DNA of 32,000 nucleotides from a cyanobacterium endosymbiont of Braarudosphaera bigelowii (GTDB lineage: Bacteria; Cyanobacteriota; Cyanobacteriia; Cyanobacteriales; Microcystaceae): positions 240,001-272,000 of the forward strand of contig NZ_AP024987.1 in NCBI RefSeq assembly GCF_020885515.1. Direction: 5' to 3'. The notes under the pieces are model-generated. The model was given only the letters and a program-made list of their open reading frames with translations, was not told the DNA's origin and ran no database searches. Of the stretch, positions 9,380-19,207 are shown in pieces (the stretch's first letter is position 1; each line of letters starts with the position of its first letter). Both the position numbers and the translations under genes were made by a program.

Positions 9380-9856
9380 CTACAGCATATTGAGTTTAAC
9401 TTTATTAAAATTTTTATAATCTAGAGATTTTCGAATAATCTTTTCATTTAGGATTTCAAATTCAGGCTTAATATCAGAATAAAATAAATGAGATATGCAA
9501 CTACAATCAGAAGCTCCAAATTTTTTTACAGGAACCTTAAATAAATTATTATTTAATAAGAATTTAGCCCATTCATGTTCTTGTCTAATCTTAGAAGTTG
9601 AATACCAGACTTCTAACGGAATTAAATATTGTCTCAGATAATCAAGATGCCAATGTTTATTTTTATAAATTTTTATATGTCTCTGTATTCGTGAATTTAA
9701 ACCACCTGCTCCGAAAGCGCTACCTACATATATGTAATAACCCAAGTTTATTGGATAAATGCCTAAATTACCTATACTGGCTGATGTTGAATTAAAGCAG
9801 AAAAGTAGCAGACAATAAGTTCCTTTTTCGTTATTTGGCAATAATCTATAGCTCAT
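9380..9856 (-). CDS. GIY-YIG superfamily protein (DUF123-like)
   Basis: 158 aa. The pattern YCLLL...LG...GYYIYVGSAFGAGGLNSRIQRH...KNKHWHLDYL matches my recollection of the DUF123 / Uri-type GIY-YIG signature (GxYxYVGSA...GL..R..RH...K..HWHIDYL). The assignment rests on motif recognition only. Confidence 0.7.
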   Translation of the reverse strand: MSYRLLPNNEKGTYCLLLFCFNSTSASIGNLGIYPINLGYYIYVGSAFGAGGLNSRIQRHIKIYKNKHWHLDYLRQYLIPLEVWYSTSKIRQEHEWAKFLLNNNLFKVPVKKFGASDCSCISHLFYSDIKPEFEILNEKIIRKSLDYKNFNKVKLNML

Positions 9857-9907
9857 AATTATGAATGTTCAATTTTTTTCGAAATTTACTAGTTAGATTA
9901 GAGCCTT

Positions 9908-11557
9908 TTAAAAAGTGAAAGTTGTTCTAATGGTTCCAATCACCAAATCGTCATTAGCATTATCATAATCTGGTGATGTAATAACTACAATGCCAGGAGT
10001 AATTTTAACATTGTTGTTAATTGTATATTCATAAAAAGCCTCTAGGTGAAAGGAAGTATCTTGATCGCTATTTCTTAATCTTCCCGGTAAATTAATATTT
10101 GATTTAGCAACCCAAGGTTCCATTCCTATAACTATAGCGCCTATTCCGTCTTCGATTAATGCATCTGGAAAGGCTAATGTTACTGCCCAATTCCAAATAT
10201 CTAGATTTCCTCTATCGATAAAATCTTCTTGTAATGTTACTGAACTAGTCTTTGTTGTAGTAAAACCTCCCCAGCCTCCTAGAATAAAGCTAGGGGCGAC
10301 GCTCCACATAAATTCTATTCCATAAGCGTTATTAACAGTATTTACGTTAGATGAAAATTCTTCTTGCATAAATGATTGAAAATTTGAAAGACGACTTCCT
10401 GTACCAGAATCAAGATTATTGTAACCATGAACATATGTGAAGTCGACGGTAAAGTTTCCGTCGGTTCCATATGGATACCATCCAATTTGACCGATAACGC
10501 CATAAGGGCCATTAAACATTCCTGCTTCTAAATCAGGATCATTACCATTTTTGGCTAAATAGCCACCACTCCATTCAAAAACCTCAAATATAGTTCCTCT
10601 AAATCCTATTCCAGGTCCTCCAGCCATAAAATACAGGGGATTGCGGCTACCAAATGAGGTTATCGCTCCGAACGCTCTATCCCCATCTAAAAAGTTAACT
10701 GTTGGTACAAAATCATCAAATGCACCACCTACTGGTTCTATAAACATTCTTATATTTTCTGCTAGATTAAATTGATAAATAATCAACTGTATAGCTAAAT
10801 CAGAATTATCTGGTTGTTGAAAACCTAGATCTCCTTCAAATGTATCTGTAATAGTCGCGTAAGAAGGAATTGTTCCTGTAGCAAGACGAGTATACAGTGA
10901 ATCATTACCATCAAAGCTAGTATTTAATTCAATTCTTCCTCTGTAACCCAAATTATTAGTATTATGTATATCTTCAATTCCTTGTTTTTTTTCTCCATTA
11001 GTAATTCCTGTCAAACCTACAACAAACTGTCCACTTAGAGTTGTCGTAGTAGAAAATTGATGCTCCTCTATATAAGCTACTCTCTTTTCTAAATTTGATA
11101 CTTTAGAACCTAATATAATTAACTCTGTTTCGAATTCCTGCATTAATTGCTTGGATATTTCAATATCTTCTCTTAAGATTACGGTATTTTCCCTTAATGA
11201 TTTTTCAATTGCATTTAAACATGAGTTCAATCCTGCAGTAAACTCATGGCGGGATAAATTATATCTTCCGTTAAAAATTTTACTTGGATATCCTGAAATA
11301 CAATTATAACGTTTGATCAATCTTTTTAAAGACTCGTAAGGCCAATCTGTAGGAGATATATCTTCTAATTTAGAAAGGTTAGTAACTTTGGAGGTTAATA
11401 CTTGAGAGTTATGAATAGGATTAAGAAATCCATCACGAAATTTCTGAAGTTTTAGATTATTTGATGTTTCAGGTAATGCTTGAGTTGTAGTAGTTGACAG
11501 AAAAATTATCAAAGCAGTGATGCCATATGTCTTATACATAGAAAACAAATTAAACAT
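9908..11557 (-). CDS. Cyanobacterial outer-membrane porin (N-terminal SLH domain + coiled coil + OprB-like beta-barrel)
   Basis: It has an SLH-like segment (DISPTDWPYESLKRLIKRYNCISGYP...LSRHEFTAGLNSCL) followed by a heptad-like linker. A Gly/aromatic-rich alternating barrel then ends in TIRTTFTF, with the C-terminal Phe typical of outer-membrane proteins. The ORF extends to 11620. I place the start at MFNLFSMYK... (nt 11557) because that gives a plausible signal peptide ending TQA-LPE. The start is uncertain. Confidence 0.85.
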   Translation of the reverse strand: MFNLFSMYKTYGITALIIFLSTTTTQALPETSNNLKLQKFRDGFLNPIHNSQVLTSKVTNLSKLEDISPTDWPYESLKRLIKRYNCISGYPSKIFNGRYNLSRHEFTAGLNSCLNAIEKSLRENTVILREDIEISKQLMQEFETELIILGSKVSNLEKRVAYIEEHQFSTTTTLSGQFVVGLTGITNGEKKQGIEDIHNTNNLGYRGRIELNTSFDGNDSLYTRLATGTIPSYATITDTFEGDLGFQQPDNSDLAIQLIIYQFNLAENIRMFIEPVGGAFDDFVPTVNFLDGDRAFGAITSFGSRNPLYFMAGGPGIGFRGTIFEVFEWSGGYLAKNGNDPDLEAGMFNGPYGVIGQIGWYPYGTDGNFTVDFTYVHGYNNLDSGTGSRLSNFQSFMQEEFSSNVNTVNNAYGIEFMWSVAPSFILGGWGGFTTTKTSSVTLQEDFIDRGNLDIWNWAVTLAFPDALIEDGIGAIVIGMEPWVAKSNINLPGRLRNSDQDTSFHLEAFYEYTINNNVKITPGIVVITSPDYDNANDDLVIGTIRTTFTF

Positions 11558-12293
11558 CAGTTTTTCACACCTCATATGAAATGAAGTTTTACAAAAAAAG
11601 AAAGAACAGAAGAATAACATGATAACTCTATCTCAGGGTGCAGAAATTATAATACTTAACTTAGAAGAGACATAATTATAACAATTTTTAGATTTTTATA
11701 TCATTATGCAAAGCTAAATTACTAAGTATAAAAAATAACTTAAATATTCTTATAACCTCAATTATATGGGCTTTACTAAATCATTTAGCCATATTTAAGT
11801 TATCTTAAAATATCTATATTTAATATTCTGGTAACGTATTTAGTATCATTAGCTATTAAAATTTTTTGACGAATGTTGTGTAAAGTACCTTATTTTTTCA
11901 GATAGCAATATCAATATGTAATTGTCTACATTAGATAATTTATCCTATTATGTTCAAACATAATTCCTACAACATTTATTTTCATGAAAACCTATATAAC
12001 TTTTATGATTTATTAGATCAATATATGCATTTGTCTTATAATTAGCAACTTTTTATTTTGATATCTCCTAAATATTTTATCGAAATTAAGATTATAAACT
12101 TCAACATATTATGTTGGTGAATTATCTATTATAATTATTAGTTTTGTTTGGCTATAAACTAATAAGCCATTTAAATATCATTATTGAAATTTGTTAAGAT
12201 TAAAATATTTATTATTATTTAAGAATTTTTTGAGAAATAAATACTGAGCCTACTAAAAACAGAGATTTATTAATATTACATACAAAAAAATCA

Positions 12294-13268
12294 TTAGACA
12301 TCTAATAATCCTTTTTCTTTTAACCACGTTTTATTATAAATACGTGATTGATAGCGTGCACCACCATCACACAATACTGTAACAATAGTATGTCCAGGAC
12401 CGAGCTTTTTAGCTAAGGCGACTGCAGCCCCTACATTAATGCCTACAGATCCTCCCATAAATAAACCATCACGAGACAATAACTGATTAATTACTTGAAT
12501 TGCTACGCGATCATTGATTTGTATAGCATCATCTATAGGAGCTCCTTGCATATTAGCTGTAATGCGGCTATTGCCTATACCTTCTGTTATAGAACTACCT
12601 TCCGATCTTATTTCTCCTGTTTTTACATAATTATATAAGCCACTGCCCATTGGATCAGCTATTACACATCTAATTTCGCTATTTTGTTCTTTCAGAAATA
12701 AACTTGTCCCAGCGTAAGTTCCACCTGTTCCTGTAGCTGATACCCAGGCATCTATTTTTCCATCTGTTTGATACCAAATTTCAGGACCTGTTGACTTATA
12801 ATGTGCTTGACGATTCGCTAGATTATCAAATTGATTAGCCCAAATAGCATTATCTATTTCTTTGGCCAATCGTCCTGAAACCTTAACATAATTTTCTGAG
12901 TTTTTATAAGGGACTGCAGGAACAATTCTAACTTCTGCTCCCAATGTTTTCAAAAGATCAATTTTTTCCTTTGACTGAGTTTCAGGAATAACAATAATAC
13001 ATTTATATCCTTTAGCATTGCAAATATGAGCTAATCCAATACCCGTGTTACCCGCAGTCCCTTCAACAACAGTTCCCCCAGGCTTCAATAATCCTTTATC
13101 TTCTGCATCTTTAATAATATATAAAGCTGCTCTATCTTTAACAGAACCTCCAGGGTTAAGGAACTCCGCTTTACCTAGAATATTACACCCTGTTTCCTCA
13201 CTAAAACTTTTAATTCTGATAAGAGGAGTATTTCCAATAGTATTGATTAAATCTTTTTTAATATCCAT
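12294..13268 (-). CDS. cysK: Cysteine synthase (O-acetylserine sulfhydrylase family, PLP-dependent)
   Basis: 324 aa. It has NTPLIR, the PLP-lysine motif NPGGSVKDR, GNTGIGLA and the TGTGGT loop. The CysK versus CysM/CBS-like subtype cannot be resolved by eye. Confidence 0.88.
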   Translation of the reverse strand: MDIKKDLINTIGNTPLIRIKSFSEETGCNILGKAEFLNPGGSVKDRAALYIIKDAEDKGLLKPGGTVVEGTAGNTGIGLAHICNAKGYKCIIVIPETQSKEKIDLLKTLGAEVRIVPAVPYKNSENYVKVSGRLAKEIDNAIWANQFDNLANRQAHYKSTGPEIWYQTDGKIDAWVSATGTGGTYAGTSLFLKEQNSEIRCVIADPMGSGLYNYVKTGEIRSEGSSITEGIGNSRITANMQGAPIDDAIQINDRVAIQVINQLLSRDGLFMGGSVGINVGAAVALAKKLGPGHTIVTVLCDGGARYQSRIYNKTWLKEKGLLDV

Positions 13269-14184
13269 AAATTAAAGTAATTAAGTGAGTATTTCAGACA
13301 TGTTACAGACAATTATATCTCAACGTTTATTGTAATTTGATTAGTAACCTTGTTAAATAGTTAAGCTTTATTTATTAAAAATGTCATAAGCATTGGTTAA
13401 AATTTCAACATCTCCTACATTCTACAGATTTTAGCTTTAAAGTTGTACTTGAAAGATTATTAGATCTAGTTCCTCCTTTATTAATTAAGAAGCCAATACT
13501 ATTAGGTAAATTTCCAATAATATTTGTTAAGAAAAACAAAACGAGTACTTCAAAATCAGATTTTTCTTGAAGAGAACTAAAAACTATTTGTTTTCTACTT
13601 GTATAAATAATAACAGTTCGTCTACTATGATAAGTGGAGCTTATCTGTTCGATTAATTTTTTGAGTAATCTATTTTTTCTATTTGGAAAATTCTATAATT
13701 CTTTAAGATTAATTTAAAGTCCTGATAAATTATGCTGTTGTAACAAGTCTTTTGATTATTCGATTGTCTTTTTTGCATGAGAACCAACTAAAACAATGTC
13801 TGAACTATTTTGAGATTTATATCTTTAGCTCCTAATAAATGTCTACTAGGTTTAGTAAAAACAATTAGCACATTTACAGCACCACAAAATAAAAATTTTT
13901 ACCAAGCTCTACCGCTACTGATAAGTCTCTAATAAAATATTTCAAATCTAATTAATATTTTACGTAGAGATTGTTATTTAACCTCATTAACTCTTTGAAG
14001 CTATCTTCACGGATATCTTTTAGTAAAAAGTATCTTACATAAGCTGCCTTAAATAATCCCTCTATTTTTTCTTCGATACAATAAGATAAATAACAGTGAG
14101 AGTAACTAAAAATAGAATTCTTAGAAAACTCTGTTTTATGAATTGGATATAAACAAATTTTATTTTTTAAGCAGTGTATATTAC

Positions 14185-14504
14185 TTATAGTACTTCTCTC
14201 TCCTTCGAAAGAGATAAAAATGAAAAGTTAGCATCGAATTTATCGAGAACAACTTCCATTCCTAAAGAATAGTATCCCTTAAAAGCAGAGTTAGGACGAC
14301 TATATATTAAAAACTTTGTTATATTTTCATTTTTAAGAACAATTTTTAGAGTATGACAAACTTGCTCAGTAACTTTTTTAGCTTTTCCTAAAATTAAAGC
14401 TCGTGTATTCGTTGTTGTAAAGAATATAAGAGATACAAAATGCTTATTGCCTGTGAACCAGTAGAGTTATCATTCAAAGCAATAATTTTTGATGTGTCTA
14501 TCAT
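14185..14504 (-). pseudogene. Possible frameshifted remnant of a GNAT-type acetyltransferase
   Basis: The minus strand reads MIDTSKIIALNDNSTGSQAISILYLLYSL... and runs into a stop. A second frame continues ...TTTNTRALILGKAKKVTEQVCHTLKIVLKNENITKFLIYSRPNSAFKGYYSLGMEVV...*. The N..A...Y...G(M/F)E tail resembles the GNAT C-terminal motif. There is no intact ORF. The family call is weak. Confidence 0.25.
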
Positions 14505-14537
14505 ATCTATGGTAGATAATATTACTTAATAAATTAA

Positions 14538-14577
14538 GGCGAAGCCTATTTATATGGATACTTCGCCGTAATTTATC
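14538..14577 (-). terminator. Candidate terminator hairpin after rplT
   Basis: The GC-rich 7-bp stem GGCGAAG (14538-14544) / CTTCGCC (14571-14577) is the only G/C island in the spacer. It lies 43 nt downstream of the rplT stop and, on the minus strand, is followed by TTAATTTATT. The 26-nt loop is large. Confidence 0.35.
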
Positions 14578-14619
14578 TATTCAGAAATATTCTTAACTTT
14601 CCATTCAATTGATTCTTAA

Positions 14620-14973
14620 TTATTTAGTAACTTTAGCGGCCTCTACTACTTTAGTAAATGCTTGAGAATCAACAATTGCTAAATGAGCTAACATTTTTCT
14701 ATTAATGTTAATACTGGATTTTTTCATAAGGCCAACTAACTTGCTATAACTTATTCCGTTTTGTCTAGCAGCTGCATTAATTCGCGTAATCCATAATCTG
14801 CGGAAATCTCGCTTACGTTTACGGCGATCTCGATAAGCATTACGTAAAGCTTTCATCACCTGTTGATTAGCAATACGAAATAACCGAGAATGACTTCCTC
14901 GAAATCCTTTGGCAAGTTTAAGAATTTTTTTGCGACGTTTACGGGCAACATTGCCCCGTTTTACCCTTGTCAT
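14620..14973 (-). CDS. rplT: 50S ribosomal protein L20
   Basis: 117 aa. The N-terminus [26 protein letters not shown] is the canonical L20 N-terminus. It lies immediately downstream of rpmI. Confidence 0.97.
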
Positions 14974-15014
14974 AGTTCAGCTTTAAGTGTTTTATATATT
15001 TAATATCAATCTGT

Positions 15015-15218
15015 TTATAGATAAGGTAACATTAGCCGAACATTTGCTTCATCTTGCTCACTTACTAAAGTACTATGAGATAGACGACGGCGTTTTTGTT
15101 CAGAACTTTTGTGATTTAACAGATGGTTCTTATAGGCTTTGCGCCTAACAATTTTTTTACCGCTTCCTGTTACCCGAAAACGCTTGGCAGCAGCTTTACG
15201 CGTTTTTAGTTTTGGCAT
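15015..15218 (-). CDS. rpmI: 50S ribosomal protein L35
   Basis: 67 aa. [21 protein letters not shown] is the canonical L35 sequence. The rpmI-rplT order is conserved. Confidence 0.95.
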
Positions 15219-15586
15219 AAATTTCGTAGAATTAAAAGATGCTTAACTAGCATAACATTAACCAATCAATAAACGCAAAAATTCAAGAGGAAAATTTTAT
15301 GGTATAGCTTTAATTTTACCTATAATAGTATTGAATTATCATGTCAAATAACAACTCTCTATAGATATTTCGTTATCTTACTATTTAGCACAAATAACCG
15401 ACAGTCTACATAAATTATTTTCTTATTAATAAACACTTAGCTAAACCGCTTTCTATTTATTAATTGGCTAAAAGTATAATTCAACTATAATCTATGACTT
15501 AACCTCATTATTCAATGTAATTACATTTTTTGACTTTTATCTTGAGATAGAATAATTCTATAAAAACTGTTTTAATCTAAAATAAA

Positions 15587-15659
15587 TGGAGCTAAGCGGA
15601 TTCGAACCGCTGGCTTTCACAATGCCATTGTGACACTCTACCAACTGAGTTATAGCCCC
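15587..15659 (-). tRNA. tRNA-Ala (anticodon GGC)
   Basis: The reverse complement GGGGCTATAACTCAGTTGGTAGAGTGTCACAATGGCATTGTGAAAGCCAGCGGTTCGAATCCGCTTAGCTCCA folds as a 73-nt cloverleaf. Its parts are:
- a 7-bp acceptor stem with the G3:U70 alanine identity pair
- a D arm, ACTC/GAGT
- an anticodon stem TCACA/TGTGA with loop AT-GGC-AT
- a T arm, AGCGG-TTCGAAT-CCGCT

The 3' CCA is not encoded. Confidence 0.93.
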
Positions 15660-15846
15660 TTACAGTATTCATAACTATATTTATAAGCTAATTAAAATCT
15701 GATATTAATCATGCAATAATTAGTATTACTTCGTCAAGCATTTAAATTCAAAATTTATATAAAATTTTAATGTTCTATTGTCTTGATAATAAAATTAATT
15801 TAATATACTTCTAAACTAGAATGTTAGATAACAATCACAAAAAATA

Positions 15847-16491
15847 TTGTATAAAAAAATGGCATCTTATGTAACTTCGTCTGCTAGAGCAGAAATGAGT
15901 GAATTAAGGCGTTTAAGAACGCTATTACCGCTTGAATTACAAAACTGGGTCATGATAGAGGGAAGTACAGAAATTAATCCTCCTCTTATTCGATGTGAAG
16001 AACTTGGAAGAGATGAAGTAGAAATTCAAGTTGATTTAGCTAAGTGGGAGAGTCTAGCTATAGATCAACGAAACTTATTGTTTTGGCAGGCAGTCGCTCG
16101 CATTCAAAATGATACTATTCCTCGAGAAGGCTGGGAAATGGCAGCTTTAGCTATTGGTCTAGGAGGCGCTGTGGGAGAGCTGTGGGTTCAAGATGCTTTA
16201 TTATTGATTTTAGCTATAGGCCTATGTAGTATTTCTGGCTATAGGCTATGGCAAAAAAATAATGGAGGACGTAAACTTAAAGAATCTATTGAAGCAGATG
16301 AAAAGGCAATAGTTCTAGCCACACGCTTTGACTATACACTTCAAAATGCTTATAAAAGTTTAGGAAGCGCATTTAAAACACTTATTGAACAGACTCCTAA
16401 CCGTCGACAACGAAAAGAATATGAGTCACGATTACAAGCTTTAAGACGTAGTGCAAGCAAAGCAAAAGAAAAAATGCAAAGAGAGAAATAA
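15847..16491 (+). CDS. Conserved cyanobacterial membrane protein of unknown function (DUF3318-like)
   Basis: 214 aa. It has a central hydrophobic pair of helices (MAALAIGLGGAVGELWVQDALLLILAIGLCSISGY) and a basic C-terminal tail. The DUF label is from memory. The ORF begins with TTG at 15847. ATG alternatives are at 15859 and at MSELRRL. Confidence 0.7.
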   Translation: MYKKMASYVTSSARAEMSELRRLRTLLPLELQNWVMIEGSTEINPPLIRCEELGRDEVEIQVDLAKWESLAIDQRNLLFWQAVARIQNDTIPREGWEMAALAIGLGGAVGELWVQDALLLILAIGLCSISGYRLWQKNNGGRKLKESIEADEKAIVLATRFDYTLQNAYKSLGSAFKTLIEQTPNRRQRKEYESRLQALRRSASKAKEKMQREK

Positions 16492-16646
16492 TGATAGTAA
16501 ATTAATTAACTGCCAATTCTAAGATTAGTCATGATAGTGTTAGGATAAGCAGTGCTCATTAGTATAGTTAATAGAATCTTAAATATTAAAATTAATAGAT
16601 CTAAATTAAGAGTTATTAATTTATTTGAATAAAGTTATTTCCTAAT

Positions 16647-16712
16647 GCAGTTATTTAAAGAAAAAGAAGGACAATTTATATAAATTGTCCTTCTTTTTCT
16701 TTAAATAACTGC
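16647..16712. terminator. 66-bp perfect palindrome between the convergent 15847-16491 CDS and glnA (probable bidirectional terminator)
   Basis: Checked base by base: 16647-16679 is the exact reverse complement of 16680-16712, giving 33-bp arms with no spacer. The match breaks at 16646/16713. On the + strand it is followed by TATTTTTC. Confidence 0.6.
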
Positions 16713-16794
16713 TATTTTTCTTAATGACTTCTATAATTCCTAAATATAAAGAGTAAGGATACCATTATAGAAGTAACATCTTTTGAAGGACTAA

Positions 16795-18216
16795 TTACAC
16801 ATCATAATAAAGAGCAAATTCATAGGGATGAGGACGTAAACGCATAGGTTGAATCTCATTATCAAATTTATACTGAATCCAATTAGTAATGAAATCTTCT
16901 GTGAAAACATCACTATTAGTCAAAAATTCGTGATCTTTTTCTAAGCATTCTAATGCTTGTTCAAGAGAAGGAGGGGTAGAAGGAATTTTATTCATTTCCT
17001 CAGGAGATAAATCATATATATCAATATCTAAGGAATGTCCTGGATCAATTTTATTTTTTACACCATCGATTCCTGCGCATAGGATGGCTGAGAATCCTAA
17101 ATAAGGATTACATGTTGCATCAGGACAACGAAATTCTAATCTTTTTGCTTTAGGATCAGGACCTGATATAGGAATACGAATAGAAGCAGAACGATTTCCT
17201 TGAGAATAAGCAAGATTTACAGGAGCTTCAAATCCAGGTACAAGACGTTTATAAGAGTTAGTGGTAGGATTTGTTATAGCTAAAAGTGCAGGAGCATGTT
17301 TCAGAATACCACCAATGTAATGTAATGCAGTTTCACTTAAATTTGCATAACCATCTCCCCAAAAAAGAGGTTGGCCATCTTTCCAGATCGAGTGATGAGC
17401 ATGCATTCCTGAACCGTTATCGTTAAATAAAGGTTTAGGCATAAATGTAACTGTTTTCCCATATTTTTTAGCTACATTTTTAATAACATATTTATAAATC
17501 ATTAAATAATCTGCTGCTTCAATTAGAGGAGCAAATCGAAATCCTAATTCGTTTTGTCCTCCTGTTGCAACTTCGTGATGATGTTGCTCAATAGGAACAC
17601 CACACTCTGCCATGGTTAGTAACATTTCTGTTCTCATATCTTGCATAGTATCGGTTGGAGCAACAGGAAAATATGCCTGCTTATAACCTGGCTTATAACC
17701 TAGATTGCCTCCTTCTTCTTTTTTCCCTGTATTCCAACGTCCTTCTATACTGTCGATATAGTAGTAGGCTTGATTTTCAGTTTGATCAAAACGTATATCA
17801 TCAAAAACAAAAAATTCTGCTTCTGGTCCAAAATATGCAGTATCTCCAATACCTGTATCCTTTAGGTAATCCACTGCTTTTTCAGCAATTGTACGAGGAT
17901 CTCGACTATACCAATCCCCAGTACGTGGCTCTTTAATTCCACATATGAGACTTAGTGTTGGCTCTTTATAAAATGGATCAATCCAAGCTGTTTTGGGATC
18001 AGGAACCATACACATATCAGATTCATTAATGGTTTTCCAACCCCTAATACTAGAACCGTCAAAAGGGACTCCGTCACTAAAAGAATTTTCGTTAATTTGA
18101 TTATGATAAAAAGAACAGTGTTGCCAAGTTCCAGGCATATCAATGAATTTGAGATCAATAATTTTTATATTTTGATCTCGTACCATTTTCAAGACTTCTT
18201 GAGCTGTTTGGGCCAT
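16795..18216 (-). CDS. glnA: Glutamine synthetase type I
   Basis: 473 aa. It shows end-to-end resemblance to cyanobacterial GlnA: the N-terminus [26 protein letters not shown], then [28 protein letters not shown] and the C-terminus YEFALYYDV. Confidence 0.97.
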
Positions 18217-18422
18217 GTAAAACTCCTTGGAATACTAAAATATATACAGTAGCTTGATATGAGGCTTCGAACAACTGATAATACTGAGAGCCTTTTAAAG
18301 ATTTTATGCAATCTCGTATTTGTCAGGGTTATTAAACTTATAGATAATATTAAATTGTGACAAAAATAAGAAAAAAATCCTATTTTTATCTCATATGTCA
18401 TATCAATAAACTCAGAAAAAGT

Positions 18423-18464
18423 AGTTTAATCTAATTAGATTAGCGATATAGTACAATTTGATAT
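18423..18464 (-). promoter_or_regulatory. Weak NtcA-type promoter candidate upstream of glnA
   Basis: On the glnA strand the sequence is ATATCAAATTGTAC (18464-18451), then 22 nt, then TAAACT (18428-18423). This matches the GTA-N8-TAC / N22 / TAN3T geometry with one mismatch in a conserved triplet (ATA for GTA). It would imply a 5' UTR of about 200 nt. Confidence 0.2.
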
Positions 18465-18488
18465 AAGTTTATTGAATATCTTTTATTA

Positions 18489-19166
18489 ATGCAGGTTTTA
18501 TTCCAATTCAAATCCATTATTTGGTTTATTTCAAGTATATCTTTGAAACATTTCAAATATGATGTTAAACATTTCCTTACAAAAAAGCAATGGCAAAGTA
18601 TTATTGTTTATCTATTACTATCTATAGTAATTACTTTTATGCTTGCCTGGGACTGGAAATTAATTTGTGCGACCTTAATAGGTATCAATCTAATGATCTT
18701 TATACAGAAAGCCCAAAATAAAAACTTTCAAAATATTGTATTAAATTGGTATAAATTCTTTAATAGCCCTAAAGGAAAATTAACTTTAGCTATTATCATT
18801 GGCTGTTTTGGAATACTGGAAAGCTATGTAACTCTGTCTGTATTGTCTGATATTGAAAATCATTGGTTAGCAAGTGAACTAATTTTTCAAAATCTAGGAG
18901 TTTTTATAATATTAACAATTCTTATTTTACAAATATTTGATTCATCAGAGAAAAAGCAAAATAATCAGTATAAAGAATTAGTATCTGAATTAACTGAAGT
19001 TAATCCTTTAAAACGATTAATTGCTGTACATAATATATCTCATTTACTTAAAAAGAAACAATTAAATGTAAATCAAGAAGAAGAAATATTAGAATACTTC
19101 AAAGTTATCTTAAATCAAGAAAAAGAAGTGGTTATTCGTCAAAATATCTTGAAGAGTTTATGTTAA
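18489..19166 (+). CDS. Hypothetical multi-pass membrane protein with a C-terminal HEAT-like segment
   Basis: 225 aa. It has several hydrophobic helices (IIVYLLLSIVITFMLAW, LTLAIIIGCFGILESYVTLSVL, LGVFIILTILILQIF). The tail LTEVNPLKRLIAVHNISHLL is reminiscent of HEAT/PBS-lyase repeats. No function could be assigned. The start codon is uncertain. Confidence 0.5.
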   Translation: MQVLFQFKSIIWFISSISLKHFKYDVKHFLTKKQWQSIIVYLLLSIVITFMLAWDWKLICATLIGINLMIFIQKAQNKNFQNIVLNWYKFFNSPKGKLTLAIIIGCFGILESYVTLSVLSDIENHWLASELIFQNLGVFIILTILILQIFDSSEKKQNNQYKELVSELTEVNPLKRLIAVHNISHLLKKKQLNVNQEEEILEYFKVILNQEKEVVIRQNILKSLC

Positions 19167-19207
19167 GTCAGCTTTTCAAAGTTATCATTTTTTATTGGAT
19201 TCATTAT

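Noticed and set aside
18189-18401. 70-aa minus-strand ORF spanning the glnA start and its upstream region.
   Set aside because: It overlaps the glnA 5' end out of frame. The peptide (MTYEIKIGFFSYFCHNLILSISL...) is typical of translated AT-rich spacer, and I see no ribosome-binding site or conservation signal.
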